A stretch of 64,000 nt of DNA from Nitrospirota bacterium (GTDB taxonomy: Bacteria; Nitrospirota; UBA9217). How positions within the stretch are numbered: position 1 is the stretch's first letter; each line of letters starts with the position of its first letter. This document shows positions 59,458 through 64,000 of this stretch, piece after piece. Location: contig CAVUCU010000001.1 in the NCBI GenBank assembly GCA_963740085.1, positions 288,001 to 352,000 of the forward strand, written 5' to 3'. Made by a program: the position numbers and the translations under genes. The notes under the pieces were generated by a model. That model was given only the letters and a program-made list of their open reading frames with translations, did not search any database and was not told the DNA's origin.

Positions 59458-60823
59458 TTACTCTTTTTTCTTCCGTCCTACGATCTCACCCTGTTCCTGA
59501 TTTTTTTCTTTCAGCGGGATCAAGATCCCCACCGTCCTGTTGTCTTCGGAGAAATATTCCTTCGCAACCCTCATCACATCGTCTTTGCTCACTGCGCGGA
59601 TATTATCCACATACTTCTCGAGCAGTTTCCAGCTTGCAACGCTCTCGAACTGGCCCAGCAGCATTGCCTGATTGAAAACCGAGTCCTGACCCATGATGAA
59701 GCTGGCCTCGATCTGGTTCTTGGCCTTTTGCAGTTCTTCGTCCGTGACGAGATCGGTCTTGAATCTGTCGATCTCCGCGTACAAGGCATTTTCCACCTCG
59801 TCCGTGGTCTTACCCGGCATCACACCGGCATAGAGGTAGAACAGGTTCGGGTCAGCCGAAACATTGTCATAATCGCCTCCTGCATAGAGCGCGATCTGTT
59901 TTTCATAGACGAGCGACTTGTAGAGCCGGGAGCTTTTCCCTGACGAAAGGACGCCCTGCAGGACCTCAAGAGCGTACGAGTCGGGATGTTTCAGCGTCGG
60001 GACATTATATCCGGCAAAGACGGCGGGGAGTTCAGCCTGTCTTTTTACGACAACCCTCCGTTCTCCGAGATGCTTAGGTTCGACAGCGTCGACCCTCCGC
60101 GTTTCCGGCCCGCGCGGTATACTCCCGAAGTATTTCTCGATCAAGGGAAGCAAGGTCTTCGGATCAATATCGCCCGCAACGACAATCGTGGCGTTGTTTG
60201 GCTCATAGTATGCACGATAGTGGCGGTAGAGGTCGTCGCGTGTGAAACTGCTGATGTCCGCCATCCAGCCGATCACCGGCCACTGGTAGGGATGGGCGCT
60301 GAAGGCAACGGACATCATCTGCTCGACCATGCTGTTGACGGGATCGTCGTCAGTCCGCATGCGGCGCTCTTCCTTCACCACATCGCGCTCGGATAAAAAC
60401 TCCTTGGGGTCGATCAGCAGGTCCTGCATGCGGTCGGATTCGAGGTCGAGGGCGATCCCGATCCGGTCCGAGGCGAAGGTCTCGAAATACGCCGTGTAAT
60501 CGTGGGACGTGAACGCGTTGTCGTTCCCGCCGTTCCGCTGGACGGTCTGGGAGAATGTCTTGGGGCCGTATTTCTTCGTCCCCTTGAACATCATGTGTTC
60601 AAGCATATGGGACAGTCCTGTTTTTCCGAGGCACTCGTTGCGCGATCCTACTCTGTACCAGATCTGGAACGTAGCTACCGGCGCCTTGTGCATCTCCTTC
60701 AGGAGCACCTTAAGCCCGTTCGGCAGGACCTTCTCGGTGACCTTGAGGTCCTGTGCAAAGGATGTTTGTCGCCGAAGACAGCCACGATACAGCAACCATG
60801 ATAAACATTCGTATCAGACACAT
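59458..60823 (-). CDS. M16 peptidase, catalytic subunit; signal peptide out of frame by 1 nt near 60765
   Basis: HMLEHMMFKGT, NAFTS, EERRMR, HPYQWP. Upstream ATG at 60823 gives MCLIRMFIMVAVSWLSSAT in a different frame. Confidence 0.85.
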
Positions 60824-60840
60824 ATGTTGTTTATCCTGAT

Positions 60841-60972
60841 CAAATTCCAATTTCCAAATCTCAAATCACAAATAATATCCAAATCCCAAATCCCAAAGCC
60901 CAAACGCTTGGTTCATTGAAATTTCGTCTATTGGTCATTCTTTGGCATTTGTTATTTGCTATTTGGTGCTTG
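60841..60972. repeat. class B heptamer inverted element (CAAATCC type) overlapping the dut stop
   Basis: CAAATTC-CAATTTC-CAAATCT-CAAATCA...CAAATCC-CAAATCC-CAAAGCC ... TTTGGCA-TTTGTTA-TTTGCTA-TTTGGTG. Confidence 0.85.
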
Positions 60973-61426
60973 CTTCACGCCCCGTATGCCCGAACCCGCC
61001 GGCTCCGCGTGGGGTCCCGGCAAGGGCGTCCACCGTGACGAACTTCGCTTTCTCATACCGGGCGAAAATCAGCTGCGCGATCCGGTCACCGCGGTTGATC
61101 GTGAACGGCTTATCGCTGAAATTGAACAGGAGGATACCGATCTCTCCGCGATAGTCGGCGTCGATCGTTCCGGGCGCGTTCAGCATGCCGATGCCGTGCT
61201 TGAGCGAAAGCCCGCTGCGGGGTCGAACCTGCCCCTCATGTCCTTCGGGAATGGCAACGGCGATCCCGGTGGGAATGAGCCTCCACGTTCCGGCATCGAG
61301 AATGACCTCACGTTCCACCGCTGCATAGAGATCGACGCCCGCGGAGTGTTCGGTCTGATAGTGAGGGATCGGAAGACCTTCAGCGTTTTTGAGTTGTGTT
61401 ATGTGAACGATAAGACGCTCGGGCAT
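60959..61426 (-). CDS. dut: dUTP diphosphatase
   Basis: SAGVDL, QVRPRSG, GTIDADYRGE, GDRIAQ, RGAGGFGHTG. Confidence 0.96.
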   Translation of the reverse strand: MPERLIVHITQLKNAEGLPIPHYQTEHSAGVDLYAAVEREVILDAGTWRLIPTGIAVAIPEGHEGQVRPRSGLSLKHGIGMLNAPGTIDADYRGEIGILLFNFSDKPFTINRGDRIAQLIFARYEKAKFVTVDALAGTPRGAGGFGHTGREASTK

Positions 61427-61436
61427 ATTTTTAAAA

Positions 61437-61503
61437 AGTAGTCAGGAGCCAGAATTCAGAAGCCAGAAGAAATCGCATCGAGGTGAAGTCCTCCTGACTC
61501 CTG
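61437..61503. repeat. class B heptamer inverted element
   Basis: AGTCAGG-AGCCAGA-ATTCAGA-AGCCAGA ... CTCCTGA-CTCCTG. Confidence 0.75.
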
Positions 61504-61506
61504 TGT

Positions 61507-62763
61507 TTAAATCTCCAAAACCCCATCCGGGACATCGGCCTTGTTCAACGGGCCGAGGATGGCAAGTGAAATGTTTTCCCGCGTGAAGAGCTGTCTGGCC
61601 AAGCGTTGCACCTGCTCGGCGGTCACCTTCTCGACACCCTTGATGATCTCGTCCATGGACAGGTACTTGCCGAAGTAGATCTCCTGCCGCGCGAGCCTGC
61701 CCATGTGGCTGGTGCTGCTTTCGAGCGAAAGGACAAGACTTCCCTTGATCTGGTTCCTCACCCTCGTTTCTTCCGCGGGCGTGATCCCTTCATCTTTGAT
61801 CTTCCCGAACTCCCTGGTCACGAGACGGACCACTTCAAGCGCGTTCGAGGGATCTGCACCGGCATAGACGGTAAGAAGCCCGGTATCCCGGTACGAGGTC
61901 ACGTAGGAATAGATGGAGTATGCAAGGGCATTCTGCTCACGGATCTCCTGAAACAGGCGCGAGCTCATGCTGTTTCCGAGCACTGTATTGAGCGCCGAGA
62001 TCACAAAGCGGTCTTCGTGCATATAGTGTATGCCCTGGCATCCGATACAGATCTGCACCTGTTCGAGCTGCTTTTTCTTCACCGCTATGGCCCGCGTAAA
62101 GACGGGGGTGACCTCTTTTTTGGCTATGCCGCCTCTCGCAAGTTTCCCGAAACTCGCGTTCAAAAGTTCGATCAGCCGGGCATGCTCGAAATTGCCGGCT
62201 ACGGAAATGACGATCTCCTTCGGGCTGTAATAATCATCGATATAGGAAACGATGTCCTTATGCTTCAGCGCCTTGATGGTGTCCCGGGTCCCCAGGATGG
62301 GACGGCCAAGTGAGTTGTCGGCCCAGACCGTATTGTTAAAAAGCTCGTGGATGTAATCGTCGGGTGTGTCCTCCACACCCTTGATCTCCTCGAGAATGAC
62401 CTTGCGCTCCTTGTCCATCTCCAGGGGATCGAATTTGGAGCCCAAGAGGATGTCCGACAGGATATCGATGGCCACAGGCAGATGCTCATCCACGACCTTG
62501 GCGTAGTAAGTGGTCGTTTCCTGGGAGGTGAAGGCATTCATCTCTCCGCCGATGGAATCCATCTCTATCGCGATATCCTTGGCGGTCCTCTTCTCCGTGC
62601 CTTTAAAGAAGAGGTGTTCGATGAAATGCGAGATGCCGCCGATCTCCTCCGGCTCGTGGCGTGATCCCACCTTCACCCATACGCCGATGGATACGGAGCG
62701 TGACTTGGGAAGGGTTTCGGAGACGACCCTGATCCCGTTCATAAGGGTGTCTTTTCTGTACAT
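61507..62763 (-). CDS. cytoplasmic M16 (pitrilysin) Zn peptidase
   Basis: HFIEHLFFKGT, NAFTSQE, SSRLFQEIRE. Confidence 0.92.
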   Translation of the reverse strand: MYRKDTLMNGIRVVSETLPKSRSVSIGVWVKVGSRHEPEEIGGISHFIEHLFFKGTEKRTAKDIAIEMDSIGGEMNAFTSQETTTYYAKVVDEHLPVAIDILSDILLGSKFDPLEMDKERKVILEEIKGVEDTPDDYIHELFNNTVWADNSLGRPILGTRDTIKALKHKDIVSYIDDYYSPKEIVISVAGNFEHARLIELLNASFGKLARGGIAKKEVTPVFTRAIAVKKKQLEQVQICIGCQGIHYMHEDRFVISALNTVLGNSMSSRLFQEIREQNALAYSIYSYVTSYRDTGLLTVYAGADPSNALEVVRLVTREFGKIKDEGITPAEETRVRNQIKGSLVLSLESSTSHMGRLARQEIYFGKYLSMDEIIKGVEKVTAEQVQRLARQLFTRENISLAILGPLNKADVPDGVLEI

Positions 62764-62781
62764 GGAAGCTTCTTTCTTTTA

Positions 62782-62854
62782 ACCACAAAGGCACCAAGAC
62801 ACAAAGAACAATCTTTTCACAACCGGCGTTCTTCGTGACTTAGTGCCTTCGCGG
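62782..62854. repeat. class A element (empty)
   Basis: ACCACAAAG-GCACCAAG-ACACAAAG ... CTTCGTG-ACTTAGTG-CCTTCGCGG. Confidence 0.8.
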
Positions 62855-62860
62855 AAATAA

Positions 62861-64000
62861 TTATTTTTCCTTCTGATTCTGATGTCCGTGCTGAGCGGCC
62901 CGTTCCTGGGTGATCTTCTGTGCAAGGTGGCTCGGGACATCCTCATATCCGTAAAACTCCATGGTATACATGCCCCTGCCGCTCGTGAGGGAGTTGAGCG
63001 TGGGGGCATAGGTGAGCATCTCGGACATGGGCACGAGCGCCTTGATCGACTGGCCGCCTGCCTGGGGAGTAACGCCCTGCACCTTGCCGCGCCGAGAGTT
63101 CAGGTCACCGATCACGGCCCCGAGCGTATCATCGGAAGCAATGACTTCCACGCTCATGATCGGCTCGAGCAGCACCGGCTTGGCCCCCTCCATGGCCTTC
63201 TTGAAGCCCATGGACGCCGCGACCTTGAATGCCATTTCGGAAGAGTCAACTGCATGATACGAGCCGTCAAAAAGCGTGACCCGGACATCCACCATGGGAT
63301 ACCCCGCGAGAACACCTTCGTGCATGGCCTCTATCACACCTTTTTCCACGGCCGGGATATACTGCCGCGGGACCACGCCGCCCACGATCTTGTCCACGAA
63401 CTCAAAACCGCTGTCGCGCGGGAGCGGTTCGATCTCGAGCCACGCGTCCCCGTACTGACCGTGGCCTCCGGACTGTTTTTTATACTTGCCCTGCGCCCTG
63501 GACTTCGCCCGAATGGTCTCCTTGTACGGCACCTTGGGCGTCTTCATCGTCACCTCGGCGCCGAACTTCCGCTTCAATTTCTCAAGAGTCACTTCAAGGT
63601 GGACCTGCCCCATGCCGGAGAGCACCATTTCCTTGGTCTGCTCGTCATAGGTGAACCTGAGCGTGGGGTCCTCCTCGAGAAGTTTGTGTACGCCGGTGCT
63701 CACCTTGTCCTCGTCACCGCGGGACTTCGGCACAATGGCATACGACATGACCGGGTCGGCGAACTTCGCGAAAGGCATCACGATCGGATTGCTCTCGGAG
63801 CACAGCGTGTCGCCGGTAAGCGTCTCTTTCAGCTTCGCAATGGCGCCGATCTGCCCGGCCGTGAGCACCTGGGTGGTCACCTGCTTTTTCCCCTGGACAT
63901 GGAAAAGGGACCCGACTTTTTCCTTCAGTTGTTTCGACGAATTGTACACGTTCGAATCAGCCTTGAGCAATCCCGAGTAGACACGGACCAGGGAAAGCTT
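62861..64000 (-). CDS. fusA: elongation factor G (5'-partial; possibly the stand-alone EF-G paralog)
   Basis: EEDPT, GMGQVHLE, KQSGGHGQYGD, DGSYHAVDSSEMAF, LLEPIM. Not followed by tuf. Confidence 0.9.
   Translation of the reverse strand, partial: KLSLVRVYSGLLKADSNVYNSSKQLKEKVGSLFHVQGKKQVTTQVLTAGQIGAIAKLKETLTGDTLCSESNPIVMPFAKFADPVMSYAIVPKSRGDEDKVSTGVHKLLEEDPTLRFTYDEQTKEMVLSGMGQVHLEVTLEKLKRKFGAEVTMKTPKVPYKETIRAKSRAQGKYKKQSGGHGQYGDAWLEIEPLPRDSGFEFVDKIVGGVVPRQYIPAVEKGVIEAMHEGVLAGYPMVDVRVTLFDGSYHAVDSSEMAFKVAASMGFKKAMEGAKPVLLEPIMSVEVIASDDTLGAVIGDLNSRRGKVQGVTPQAGGQSIKALVPMSEMLTYAPTLNSLTSGRGMYTMEFYGYEDVPSHLAQKITQERAAQHGHQNQKEK

Noticed and set aside
3310-62854. Class A/B repeats as CRISPR arrays
   Set aside because: Units are 7-9 nt, arranged as inverted arms, with no 25-40-nt repeat-spacer alternation and no cas genes.
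1-64000. tRNA, rRNA, IS transposase, integrase or prophage genes
   Set aside because: No cloverleaf, rRNA-like stretch, or DDE, HUH or tyrosine-recombinase ORF was recognised by eye. tRNAscan-SE and ISEScan would be needed to exclude them formally.

Overview
A 64-kb bacterial chromosomal segment made up mostly of housekeeping genes. Gene content and style suggest a Nitrospirota- or deltaproteobacteria-like organism, which is an inference. From left to right it carries: lsrF-like aldolase/thiolase, Zn-dehydrogenase and MFS transporter; gpsA; larB and larC split by a cassette with two cardiolipin synthases; nadE and rsmI; an archaeal-type SAM synthetase; a large phosphate-starvation block (phoB/phoR, psiE, GH1, PHP hydrolase, GT21-like glycosyltransferase, pstSCAB-phoU) with four 11-bp-period Pho-box-like arrays; an arn-type L-Ara4N cluster; mtnA, gcvT and copA; a tgl/pilF-rodZ-like trio; pfkB kinase, mtnP, hfq, miaA and mutL; three M16 peptidases; dut; and a partial EF-G. 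I saw no rRNA, tRNA, CRISPR array or transposase. The most striking unexplained structure is a dense set of intergenic hairpin elements whose arms are short tandem repeats. About 15 have 8-9-nt-period arms (CGCAGAG/CGCGAAG/CGCAAAG type). Two of these enclose a whole GxxExxY (PD-(D/E)XK-like) gene in the loop, while the rest hold only short AT-rich filler, which resembles an autonomous/non-autonomous REP-RAYT-like system. A second family with 7-nt-period arms is also present, including one copy inside mutL. The second candidate novelty is a Pho-box-controlled GH1 + PHP + glucosyltransferase module that may remodel membrane lipids.
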